A stretch of 61,428 bases of DNA, counting the filler, from Sphacelaria rigidula (taxonomy: Eukaryota), in assembly GCA_964200075.2 (NCBI GenBank). It is 10 parts of 10 records of this genome, joined end to end, with 100 filler letters (N's around TTAATTAATTAA, not from the genome) between each part and the next. Parts side by side here need not be neighbours in the genome. Positions count along the whole stretch, not along the records: positions 6,154 to 12,206 come from CAXNAA020022549.1; positions 12,307 to 18,359 come from CAXNAA020022550.1; positions 18,460 to 24,512 come from CAXNAA020022551.1; 7 more parts are not named here. One strand, 5' to 3'. A program made the position numbers and the translations under genes. The notes beneath the pieces were generated by a model, which saw only the letters and a list, made by a program, of their open reading frames with translations, was not told the DNA's origin and ran no database searches. Below, in pieces: positions 12,147 to 23,662 of the stretch; within the stretch, counting starts at the first letter, position 1, and every line of letters begins with the position of its first letter.

Positions 12147-12160
12147 ACCCCCCCCCCCCC
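11725..12160 (+). mobile_element. Full-length poly(C)-tailed SINE (~385 bp body plus C-tail)
   Basis: The 5' GTGGTCGAGCTAGAT is shared with the copy at 40137. The body ends GGGATGGGAGGTCAATGGTCTCATGACTACGGCGTGCAAGATCCCGGGTA followed by ~50 C. A fragment also lies at ~11548-11607. Confidence 0.85.
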
Positions 12161-12306
12161 ACCACCACAACACCAACCCCCACACCCCCGCCCCACACAC
12201 CGTGACNNNNNNNNNNNNNNNNNNNNNNNNNNNNNNNNNNNNNNNNNNNNTTAATTAATTAANNNNNNNNNNNNNNNNNNNNNNNNNNNNNNNNNNNNNN
12301 NNNNNN

Positions 12307-12384
12307 CGCGTGGTCAATGAATGGCCAAACGACTAAGACAAGCAACAAATGAGTACGCCCCCCCCCCCCCACCACCCCCCCCCC
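12307..12384 (+). mobile_element. 3' terminus and poly(C) tail of the poly(C)-family LINE
   Basis: CGCGTGGTCAATG..TGGCCAAACGACTAAGACAAGCAACAAATGAGTACG(C)13. Confidence 0.8.
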
Positions 12385-12547
12385 TTTTGCCGCCAGACCT
12401 CCCAATAGTGTTTGCGGTGAGATCTCGTTTCCTTCTGACGTGAAACCGTTCCGAGGCGACGCTGGCTCTCTAGCACATCCATCCATACAGCCTTTTCTGG
12501 ATATCTGAGCACCCGCGTGCGCAATTTCAGGGTCTACTTGAAACAAC

Positions 12548-15500
12548 TTGTTGTTGTCGTTGTCGTTGTTGTTGTTGTTGTTGTTTCTTCACATGAAAAA
12601 CCGTTGCGATATCTGCGCAGAACTATGTAGTGGGCATCCGATGCGGACGCCTCCCGTGGTCACACACTAACTGCCCCAAGCTAGGGTAAAAGAAAATCAT
12701 AAACATATGATCGGACCCAGAAACCATTCACACAGACGCGACACGAAAGAAAAAAAAATGAAAATACTAGAAAATACGAAAAAAGGAAGGAAAAAGGACT
12801 ACTGCAAGCCCTCTAAGTTCCGATGTCAGATGCGACCATTCGGGCTACTGGAGGCAAAGCCCATTGGTTCACTCAACACGCGAGCTCAAACAGGAAGGGA
12901 GCCAAACTCGAGAGCCACGATCACCACCCAAGGCGACAAACGTTGCAGGGTTCTAACCTTGCACCTCTAGAGGGACAGCTATGTTCACGAATATACTAGG
13001 TATAGCGAAAAAGCACCACATAATAACACACACCCCCTCGGGGAGGGGTGCGTTGGAGTCAGCGCTTCGTAGAAAAATAATACAAGAGGAGATGATGGGG
13101 GTCCTACCACTTTCGCCATTTTCAGTTCGGTACAAGCTGGTGACGCAGTGTTCCATCTGCCTCTACTCCTCAGAGTTCTTGCTTAATCGCACGTAGTCGG
13201 CTGGTCTCTTCCTCGATCTTGTGCTACGGGGTCATGCAAATCTCCACTCCCTGCGGCACCCCCACGTGCCGTGGTATCCTCTCTTCTCTCTTCGCTTCTG
13301 AAGACCAGAGGGCACTTTCAAGTCCGAACGTCTATCGCTTGTCTTCGGTAGAGCCATTCGTGACTTCGAAAGCTTGAAACTCGTCCCGCGGGCACTTCAT
13401 CCAGGTTTGCTCCGGGCCCTCTGTTCCTGGGCCCTCCTCCCCCACGAGTGTTGCGAATGCCAGTCGCTTCGGTAGTCGTCCGGCCGGTTATCTAGCCAGG
13501 GCTTCCGTAAACAGCAGTCGCCACTGCTAGACAATGACTTTAGCACTTTGACACCCGGTCTTCTTGTGGGCCTGGGCGCATGATAACTGTCGGTATGTGC
13601 CACGCACACGGCGGTACCTGATAACTCGCAGGAGAAGTCGGTAGTGTACCGTCCTTAGCAACCAGTAGTGCTCGCTGCGCGGGGCCCACGTTGTGCATCC
13701 ATACAGCAAGGCCTCCATTGCCTGTGCCTTCAGTAATTGGACCTTGAGTTGCAATGGTGCTTTCAGTCGGTCAAAGGGCTCTCGGGGAAACGTTCTCATG
13801 CACGCCCAAGCGGCTTTTCTCCGGTTGTTGCTCTTATGTGAGGTCGCCATCTTCGGTGACGAGCCCATCCAAGTATCGGAACTTCGTGATTTGTGCGTAA
13901 TTCTGGCCCGCTACTTCGATGACCAGTGGTGGCGGAGGCGGTGTTGCTTCTCTTTCTGCGGCTGTTTTGTTCGGTGCTTGCATCAGTAAAGTCTCTGAAC
14001 AGAGATCTCCGACACTGTCGTCCCGAAGGTCTCCAACACGCGTGCTGTGACGGTCATCATCCTCTTCAGGCCGTCAGGGGACCTCGAGACGATGGTCGCG
14101 CCGTCGGCATATAGCATTCCCCACACCGCCTTTCCGTACGCGTTCCAGAGATGTTTCCGTCTTCCTCACCATCTCCTCGCCGAGGCATACCATGCTCTTG
14201 AGGATGATTTCATCCTCGCTCAATCGCACGAGAACTATCTCGAGCGCCGCAGCGAAAAATATATTGAACAACAGCGCAGACAGCACGCCCCCTTGCCGTA
14301 GTCCCTGGGTGACCTCAAACCGCTCCGAGAGCACCCCGTCGTTCATGCGTACGCGGGCCGACATGCCACCGTCAAAATGACGGATAACGGCTATCATCCC
14401 GTCCGGAATCCCAGATCGGGCAAGCACCTGCCATAGCAGCTGTCTGTCGACCAAATCATAGACCTTTGGAGATCGACGAGGCACATGTGTGGTGATATTC
14501 TCCGTCGTCGTCCCAGTTCCTGGGCTCGGCGTACTACGAAGAACATGTCGACGGTAGATCGATTAGGTCGAAAACCGCACTCTTCCTCCAGCAGTATCCC
14601 GCGTGCTTCGCAGTAGTCGCTCAGGCGGTTGGCCACTATCTTCAGAAGCACTTTTCCTGCGTGACACCAGTGAGATTCCCGGTACTTATTACAGTCGGAG
14701 TGGTCCGATTTCTCGTAGAGCACTTTGATGGTAGCATATTTCCACTCCTGCGGGACCTCACCTCCGTTCCACACCTTGATGAGGATAAAATGGAAGCGTT
14801 CGATAACGACGGGCTCGGCTTGACGGGTCGATCTTGACTAGTTCTTTAAGGGGAGAGTTATGTTCCCGCGCTCTCCAGTGTTGCATCCCCTGTGCTGATC
14901 CAAGCGGTACCGAGTCTCCGGTGAGTAATGCTGTCGGTCCCTGCTTCACCTCCTCGATGGTGGCTAGGCTCAGTGTGGTCGATTTGGTGTTGGGCAGGGT
15001 TCGAGAAAACCTCCCCCTCGCTTCAGGATCTCGATGTTGTTCCTCAGTAGAACCACGCTCTCGTCTTTGATGAACTGCTGCCCCTCTGACTGCACAAGAC
15101 TCATCGATCTCTTGAGGTGTTTGTACAGGCCTCAAATGTCGCGGTCCTTGTAGTTCGGGTAAAGCCTCGCCACACTCCTTTTCAGGTGTGCGTGAACACC
15201 GTCGTCTATCGCAGAACCTACTTTTTTCCACACGTCTCTGGGTGCTTTCCACGTTGCCGGGGCCCGGTTGTCAACACCGTCGTTTATCGCAGTGCGTACT
15301 CCTCTCCACGCGTCTCTGTGTGCTTTCCACGTTGCCGGACCTCGTTGTCCTTCATCAGGCGCCGTGCCTCTCCTCGGTGGAAAAGTGCTGTCTCTACTGT
15401 TGCTGTCGTTTCGGGACTTCCACGCCATTCTGGCATACGTGGTATCCGTGTCTCTCCGTGCTGTCTGTGTTGCTTCGAGGATAGCTTCGGTGAACTCCTT

Positions 15501-16984
15501 CGTGGCCGCCGGTGCGGTGGTGGGTGGCTGGTATGCTCGCTCCCCGAGATTGTGCAGGAACCTCTCGATCACATGTTGCCGTGCGACTCTGACCTGCAGT
15601 TCCTGTTTACTGAACTGCCGTTGATTCGATTTCCTTCGTACGGTACGGTTGTGGGAGAAGCGGCCACCGAGGTGTGGCCACCACCGTGTTGTGACCCGAG
15701 TCAGCCTTGGCCGGCGGTGCGGCTTGGGGGTATACGACGACGTTGCGCACTTCACCTCGGTGTGCCTGCCAGGTAAGTATGTAGTCTATGCGCTTGAAGT
15801 CGCTCGCGCGGTCCCCTGCACTGCCGTCGTACGTGTGCAATATTTCACCTTTTTGCGTGCTGAAGAAGGTGTCCGTGATGGCAAGTCTGTTGTCGGCTGC
15901 GAACATTAAGAGTAGATGGTCGTTATCATTGAGCTCCCTACGTCCGTAGGCGCCTAGAACCCCCTCGTCCTGCAGGTTCTCTTCCAGTATTTTCCCCGCT
16001 CGCGTGATAGCGTCCATCAAGTCATACACACTCTCCTTCGACGGGATCCGCTGTACTAGGTCGTGAAGACTACCCCAGAACACTTGTTTGGTTCCGTCCT
16101 TGGCGAGTTCGGTTGGAAAATATGCAGCTATGAAAATGATCGCACTGCGTTGCCCCGAGATTTCAAACCGCGCTGCCATGAGGCGTTCGTCCACGTACTC
16201 AGTGGTGTAGGTAGCGTAGTTACAAATCGACTCTTTGATGGCTAGCCCCACACCGAGTTGCCCACCCGATTCGCTCCCACATTGGAAGACCCTGAACCCT
16301 GCTGCTGTACAGAGTGTTCGTCCTGCCCTCCGTGCCTCCTGCGGTCCCACCACCGAGATATTTTAGTCTCGCAGCATCATGCCGAAGGCTGTAGTCCCGC
16401 CCCACTCCGTTTGCTCCTTTCACAGCGAGGTTCCTGACGTTGCAAGTGGCTACCATACGACGTTGACTCCGCCCCCTTGCCTTCACTGTTTGTGCTGCTT
16501 TTCTAGCAAGTCTACGCCTAGCTCGGCCCCTCCTTCTCTTGTTTCTTCTCTTTTTTATGACGTTTTTCATTATTGCGCTGTGGATTTTCCCGCTGTGTTT
16601 GTTCGCCCGGTGTGTGTCTTTTCTCACGGGCAGGGGCAAGTTTCCTGCTCTGTCCGACTCTACTCCTTCCTCGCGTCTGGTGTGCGTACCCACGCAGTGC
16701 ATAGTCCTCCGACTTCTGCGTAGGATATCCTCACAGCGGTCTCAGCTGCTGCGTAGCCTCGGGGTCCAAGCTGGGGATTTCGGGTTTTACCTCATGCAGC
16801 TACCATAGTGGTCCCGAAACGAAGCACACGCCAACCTCGCGATCGCGGTGTCCCTTGACATTCAACTCAGGCTCCCCGTGGGTACGAGGCTCAGGCTCGC
16901 GTCTCTGCCGTTGCTTTTGAAGGGTCTTCTTGTGGTGTAAGTATGAATCCTGGCAAACTCCTGCCCACTACAGTATGGGCAGTC
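12548..16984 (-). mobile_element. Near full-length degenerate RTE-like LINE (APE + RT) with (CAA)n tail
   Basis: APE motifs VATCNVRNL, GVGLAI, RIDYIL, SGHN at ~15680-16450. RT motifs QEWKYATIKVLYEK, ECGFRPNRSTVD, GLRQGGVLSALLFN, LYADG at ~14090-14760. Thumb region LLYGCTTW. Many frameshifts. (CAA)n tail at 12548-12584. The 5' boundary is approximate. Confidence 0.9.
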
Positions 16985-18252
16985 GGGGGGGGGGGGGGGG
17001 GGGGGGGGGGTTATTTGTTGCTTCCCTCAGTCGTTTAACCATTGACCACGCATCCCTTCCGAGGCAGAGCACCGTTCCTACTCCCAGCAGAAGCACCTCC
17101 ATCGTTCAGGTGCTCATTGCGTTTCTTCCAAACATTACACGAAAACCTCTTACATATCTTATCCCGTCCTGTTTTGCCGTGTGTGGCCACCATTTATCTC
17201 CTAGTATAGCCATCGTTTTCTCGCTCTTGTCTAATGCATCAAACGATTACATGCCACCTTCGTTCACGTCTCGCATATTCGTCTCTAGCACGTCCCGTTC
17301 TTCCTTGTATACTTCACATTCTGCAACTATATGACTTCTGCTCTCTATTGCTTTCCTACAGGGGCAGTTCTGTGCATCTGCTTCCTCCTCCACACGACTA
17401 CTGGTATATCTATTTCTGCTTTCTAGCAGGTCCAGGTCCTCCACCCGATATCGCAGTTTCAGATTATTCCACGCGTCCATTGGGCCATGCAGATATGTTT
17501 TAATCCCTATCCCCTCTCTCAACCCCCCGTATATCCTCAGGTGTTCTTCCTCGTCTACCTTGCGTCTGAGCGCTCATTTTCCTCTACTTTCTATCATGTC
17601 TCTTACTTTTGTCTTGTACCCCGCGCCTTCACCTATGGACAGTATTTCGTTTTGGTTTCCTCCCATCTCCTTCCCTACTTTCTTGACTTCTTTATCCGAC
17701 CTTGTTCCAGTATGCCCTCTCGTACTTTTGTTCCATGCAGCCCCATCAACCATAGCTGGCAACCTCTTTCTTTGCATGTTCTGTAAGCTATATTGCCACC
17801 CAAATTTCCTCCCGTCTTTGTTTCAAGTGAGTACATTCCCAACTCTGCACTCAGTGCTGTTTTACTCGTCGTTGTCGAGCATCCAAGTATTTCCTTAGCT
17901 ACTGCCGTCTGTACTGTTCCCAACCTCTCTACCAACTTTACGTTCCCCTCCCATACTTCTCCTGCATATTCCAGCTTTGGTAAGGTCACGTTCATCAGGA
18001 TAGATATTAATCCCAGTGTCTACGTGCGAGTCTCTGAGGATCACATCTATCCTGCCTATCTATGCCTCACCCTTTTCTATTACTTTATTCACGTGTGCAT
18101 CCCAAAAACAGTTTTTTGAGATCTCTCCACCGAGGTATGTATACTGTTCTACGATCGGCAGTTCCTCTTCTCCCCGCTTCCGCTTGAACTTGATCGTATT
18201 TTTGTCATCTTGGTTACATACAAGTACCGCGCATCTGCTAACGTTCGCTGTC
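16985..18252 (-). mobile_element. 5'-truncated LINE with poly(C) tail and TSD
   Basis: RT C-terminal region (YTYLG, WDAHVNKV, PKLEYAGEVW, LSAELG) and C-terminal Cys/His knuckle CPCRKAIESRSHIVAEC. 26-nt C-run at the 3' end (G26 at 16985-17010). Flanked by ATGGGCAGTC(G)n at 16975 and ATGAGCAGTC(G)n at 18253. Confidence 0.9.
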
Positions 18253-18459
18253 ATGAGCAGTCGGGGGGGGGGGGGGGGGGGGTATTTTCGGACAGGCTGG
18301 TTTGGGAGGGGGCCGGTTGACTCGGGGGGTCCCCGGGCCCCCCCCAGAAAAAACTGAGGNNNNNNNNNNNNNNNNNNNNNNNNNNNNNNNNNNNNNNNNN
18401 NNNTTAATTAATTAANNNNNNNNNNNNNNNNNNNNNNNNNNNNNNNNNNNNNNNNNNNN

Positions 18460-18533
18460 CGTCACGAAAGGGGTTCGTGGGCCATGGGCAAACGAGTAAG
18501 GCAAGCAACAAATTAGCCCCCCCCCCCCCGCCC
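18460..18533 (+). mobile_element. Diverged 3' terminus and poly(C) tail of the poly(C)-family LINE
   Basis: CAAACGAGTAAGGCAAGCAACAAATTAG(C)13. Confidence 0.7.
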
Positions 18534-19549
18534 GGGGATCCAGCCGTGGTAACATGATACACGTACCCGAGACCGAACAAACGGAAAGTTAGAACAGAAC
18601 GACGGAGTGGGCTAAGGAAAAAAATAAAAATAAATGTGCTGGGAAAAAAAAGCGCAAACACGTAAATACCCCGCGTTTGCGAAAGCGAAGGTGGGCTCAG
18701 CGCCAGAGAACGGTCGCAGATGCAACTCCTCTGCACATACATGCAAGAAACCTGCAGCGGAATGTGCTGCGTGGGGGTTCCGTACTGCGCGCAACAGTAG
18801 AGCGTTGAACTATGTTCAACTAGATGAACATAATCTCCAGAAATCCCGACCACCCTGCAACTACAGCAATAATCCGAACTGAATTCCCGGTACAGTACAG
18901 CGTTACTAGGAGACGGAACCATTTCAGTGCCTTCGTGGTTCACATCCATGATCGAATGTGGATTTAGATTCATTCGAAGTGCGCGAGGTGGGTCTTGGAT
19001 TCAAGATCTCACATGACGGACGTGGGCCGGGTTAGGAAAAACATATTCATCCCCTCGACCGCCAGGGTTGGTAATCTGGTGAATCAACAAGCTTCTACTT
19101 GGAAAAGTATTGAAGGGCACAGATAGCCTTCTCCCGTACTCTGTCGGTCACGCCTTGGCCTTCATGGCGAGTCATCTGTTAGATCGTCACTTTGTCACTT
19201 GAAGACTCAATTTTTCAACCCCTCCATCGCCCGGGAAGGTCCTCTTCTTTTAAACCCCCTACAGTCCTTTTCGAGCGTTGATAGTGCCGATTCACCAGAT
19301 TGCCCCCCCTGGCGCCCTTCGGCCATCATCGAGATCTTCCGTTTATTTTGTATTTTTCAGGTGGAAATAATGCCAATCCTGACAATCCCTTAGCGGCCAG
19401 GATCGGTAATCGGTTGCATTGGTACTAGTTTAGCATGGAAATCGAGTGGTAAGCCTGGATATCGTGAACCCCAAAGCGGACGTCACCTATACTACAGTAC
19501 CACAGTACTGCTACTACTACTACTGTAGTATATTTGCGTTTGCGGCATT

Positions 19550-19675
19550 GTCAACCTCCCCTGCCCCCCCCTCCTTGGGAGGAGTCCGTGGTTAGTAGGG
19601 GATCAATCCATCTGTCCCTCGGTATACGCCTTGCAATTTGATATCGCGGATTGGTATAGCACTCTCGCATCGCGT
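19550..19675 (-). mobile_element. Copy of the 'GAGGAAGGGG' dispersed repeat
   Basis: Reverse complement aligns with 6220-6330 and 33795-33915. Confidence 0.6.
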
Positions 19676-20035
19676 GGACCCTCATCTAATGAACTCTTTT
19701 CGATTTCAGGTACTCACGTTTTCGACGACATGAAACAGATACTTTTCATAGAGACTCAAATACAAGTACTGCACCCGGAGTCGAACGCGCATCCTCTCTA
19801 CCTGGTGCAAAAAATGAACGGCCAATTTTACCATTAGACGACGCCGGCGCGGTGACAGGGATATTACAGGTTCGACCCCCACATGACAGCCAGGGGGGGT
19901 GATCTGCTAAATGGCGGCGATTTATCGAACCCTGACAGACATCAAGACTATACATTTTTAGTACAGTGCACTCAACAGTTAATTTTACAAGATGGGAACA
20001 GAGCGCAACTTCCAGCTGGACGGTAGGTATCACAC

Positions 20036-20212
20036 CTCAGGTAAAATAACGGTTGCGCTCCCGTCAGAAGCGAAGCAGCCCTCCTCCTCGCAAAGAGCGA
20101 CTGAAAATTCTCCGCATTCTCCAGCGCAATCCTTCTCGGCGCCGCAGGTGTACAGATCGATGTGCAGTACTTCCGCGTCTTCATCATCGTTTCCCACATA
20201 TTTCCATGTGAC
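20036..20212 (-). CDS. Exon 2 of a putative Ser/Thr-rich surface or secreted protein with a Cys-containing beta domain
   Basis: CAG|GTC...GAG|GTGTG, 177 nt, in phase with the exon at 21699-22232. VTWKYVGNDDEDAEVLHIDLYTCGAEKDCAGECGEFSVALCEEEGCFASDGSATVILPE. Confidence 0.7.
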
Positions 20213-20974
20213 CTGCAGCCGGGTGAATCACCAGTGCAGTATCAAGGCTTGAACGAGGCCATTATTACCACTTGATAGTATTGTTGAAATCTTTGTCGGG
20301 AATTCATTATTCTGAAATAATGTCTAACCCAGTCCGAGGCAAATACCGAGCAACCTTGGGCGGGGGTGGTGCAAAGTGCACCCTATGCAAAGTGTGCGTT
20401 GGTAGACCTCGAGCTGCGTCGATCTACTTATGCTGGTAGCAATCGGGACTGTCAACCGCACATCAGATCCGAATATCGGCGTTCAAATCATTATCGAGTA
20501 AAACTATTACGTGAAAGATCTTCACTACAGAGTGGTGATATCTGATATCTCCTGGATGGAAGGAACACAAGAACGACCAGCGGGACTTTCGTTTATGGGC
20601 ATACAGTCGCAGAAGCGACATTCCCGCCTTGTCAGTCGTGGATACCAAGCCCACTCCGAGTTCGACCCCACCCAATACAGAGGTGTTAGATACGCAAGCT
20701 GCATTGTTCCTTCTTTCTTACTCTGCTTTTATTCTTGCTGCTCCTGACCACGGGCTGGATTGTTGGATTCAGCAAATATGAGATGATCACCCAAAGCTAC
20801 AATTGGTGTGTTGCGTGATTGCCGTCATGCGAACTGCTCTACATTGTACAGCAGCTGCTGCACCTTCGGAGATATTGACCAACACTGATCGGGTACGTGT
20901 CATTATGGGAAAATAACGTCGCAAAGTCATACGAGCAATACAATTCGTATGCGGTACATTCTTGACAAGTTCAA

Positions 20975-21080
20975 CTCTTTCGACCGCGAGGGTAGGTTAT
21001 CTGATCGTGCAGTAATTTGTAATTTTCAAATGAAAAATTCATGAGGCTCCAACAGATGACCTACCCTCGCGGTCAAAGGG
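20975..21080. mobile_element. piggyBac-like MITE (in an intron)
   Basis: TCAA|CTCTTTCGACCGCGAGGGTAGGTTATCTG ... CAGATGACCTACCCTCGCGGTCAAAGGG|TTAA. Confidence 0.8.
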
Positions 21081-21698
21081 TTAACTCAAGTGGCATTATC
21101 GTACAGCCAGTAGATGAGTTGCGTTCGTGAGCAAACCAAACACACAGCTACACTAATACTGCATACAGCGTAGTGCACTACATGATCGTTACCCTTTCTG
21201 CCATTACGCAGTAAAGCTGCGACCTTGCCCTGATGGCCACTACGTTTACACTCAGCTTATGTTAAGCACTCCGTACCCCCAAACGTCCGGTTGAAAGGTG
21301 ATCCTGGGGTGATGCCAAGCGACAAGTCAGTTACGGAATGTACAGACACTGTACGTACTGTTACAATGTTTTTTTTTGTCTCATCACTACGAAATGATCT
21401 GCTATCGTTGCATGTGCTACATCCGCTGCGGCACCCCTAAAAAATGATTGCGCTTATCACGGACCGATTACATGCGGTCACTTGCAATGTCGACCTTGCA
21501 CGTTGCGAGTGCCCCAAAAAATGGAGAGGACCGACGCACACAACGCTGTGACCCTGAGGGCGGACATTATATTATAGCACATGAATTTTGATTTCCAGAG
21601 CACCTGTTGCCTATGTTCTTGTGGAGACACTCGGTGCTTGTACCGCCGGTTGAGCGTCGGTCGAACACGATGCAAAAGATGGCACTCGTAAATCTCAC

Positions 21699-22232
21699 CG
21701 TGTAACAGCCTCCAGGGTCGAGAACATCGCCTTGGCTTGGAGCCAAAATATCAATGTAGGAGGTCGCCTCGGCGCTCTCGTCCTCGGTGTTGCTCTCGTT
21801 CGATGATAGAGTGGAAGATCCGATCGTTGCTGTATCCAAATCCGAATCGTTGTCACTGCCTGTCGTATAAACACCACCACAATCACCATCGTCATCATCG
21901 TCCCCGCCGAACGATACTGTGGCTGTGGTGGATAATGTGGCAGAACCCTGGATCGTCGTCGATGAACTGCTCCCCCCTTGCGTATCAGCATCGTCGTCTG
22001 CACTACTGCCACCACCACCTGAAGTGGTCGCAGTCGCAGACGATGACACGGAAACCGTCCCGAGGCCCCGAGTTGCCGTTTTGCCCGTTTTCCTCGCAAT
22101 TTCACTGCTAGCTGAACAAAACACATTGTACGATGTACATGCTGTACCGCACACCGCAAAACGGAGCACGTTCCTCCGCGAGAAAGGACACGCGCGTTTT
22201 CGTCGGCGAGGGGCTGTCGGCGACGCCGACAT
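21699..22232 (-). CDS. Exon 1 of a putative Ser/Thr/Asp-rich protein (start codon uncertain)
   Basis: ATG at 22232. Basic N-terminus, weak hydrophobic segment, S/T/G/D low-complexity tract, then YIDILAPSQGDVLDPGGCYT|GTGAG donor. Confidence 0.65.
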
Positions 22233-23269
22233 TGCGCAGCTAAGCTCTGGTCCAGAGAGGTGGTTGCCTCCTTGCCTTGCAAAGGTTGTGTGATGGACAA
22301 GGAGCAAAGTTGTTTTGCTGGGTGGTGTCCGCAGCCCAAAAACTAATTTTGACCGCTTGTCCGCACGCACGCGCCTTACTGCCTGCTGCCTGCCTGCTAT
22401 CGATCACCTTCAGTTGTCTGTTTTTGTCCTTCGCAGCTATCCTACAAGCTTCAATATCAAGGACACATCGATACTTGTACTCTGCTCGCCACCGCACGGA
22501 GATTCACGTCGGGAGGGTGGTGCAACCGTAGCTTATCCTTACCCTCGATCGGGCAACCCTAGCACGACCCCAGGAAACCGTTGCACAATTTCCAAAGTCA
22601 GCAGATTTCGGGGAAACAGCGAAAATATTCGAATTTTCTAAAATGTGGCTTTACCCAGCTCCTTGATCGTTGCCGGCTCTGCTCTGCTATAGTGCAACAC
22701 ATGGAACCTCTTTTCACTGTCTGTACGGATTGCCGTGCTGCACCGGCTTACTATACGTGCAATAAGCAGCAGAATCAGCGGCAGCAGCAGCGGTGGTAGT
22801 CAATAATAGCGCATGGCACCAACGTCGCCATTGCCGTTCAAGTGTTGTGCACTTGTGTACCGCCGGCGCCTGGGGTCAGGTACACATCTGGGTGGTGAAC
22901 GGGATGTTTCGTGACAGTTATCGATGGGGGCCCGGACATATCTTCCTCTCTCCTGAAACCTCTCGAAAGAAGCCGAAATATCTTCGTAATTTCCGTCGTG
23001 CTCGTAGGGTCAAGAAGGGACTTTTGCGGCGGGGGCCTTCTTGTCTGTTTCGTGTGTTGTGACATACACACGCATACATACAACATACAATTGTGGGAAT
23101 CATACGAGTATACATATATGTATGGATCCTCTGAGCTCAACCATATGTATTCTCTTTCTTTTCATTAGCTATCCCTGTTTTGCTTGTATCGCGTTTTGCT
23201 GTTTTGTGAGTTTTAATCTTCTAGGTCTGTTTTGTTTTTTTGGTTTTGTTTGATTTCGATTTCCTCATA

Positions 23270-23379
23270 CCTTATTACCCAGGTAGGTACAGCTAGCCTG
23301 TGACTACGGAAGGCGTCCGCATCAGATGCCCAGTACAAATGTATACCGCGCAGATATCGGAACGGTTTTTAATGTGAAG

Positions 23380-23440
<61 letters not shown>

Positions 23441-23463
23441 CGACAACAAACAACAAACAACAA
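23270..23463 (+). mobile_element. 3' end of the (CAA)n-tailed RTE family
   Basis: TGTGACTACGGAAGGCGTCCGCATCAGATGCCCA...GCGCAGATATCGGAACGGTTTTTAATGTGAAGA(CAA)n matches the reverse complement of 12548-12670. Third copy at 42906-42971 (-). Confidence 0.85.
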
Positions 23464-23604
23464 CACTATCGTTTTTTTCAGACAGGTTTGAGGCGAACAT
23501 GTTTCATATTTGAGAGTGCTTCGAAGTGAAACACAAGATTAGTGCAAGAAAATGGGGTGCTTGAGTACCGATGCAGCAGGTTGAGCTAAAATATTGAATA
23601 TAAG

Positions 23605-23605
<1 letters not shown>

Positions 23606-23660
<55 letters not shown>

Positions 23661-23662
23661 TG
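23606..23662. repeat. (CTG)n microsatellite
   Basis: About 17 CTG units. Confidence 0.95.

Noticed and set aside
19720..19802. Possible third exon of the Ser/Thr-rich protein gene (CAG...GTGAGT on the minus strand)
   Set aside because: Splice signals fit, but the peptide does not obviously continue the domain and it cannot be supported without transcripts.
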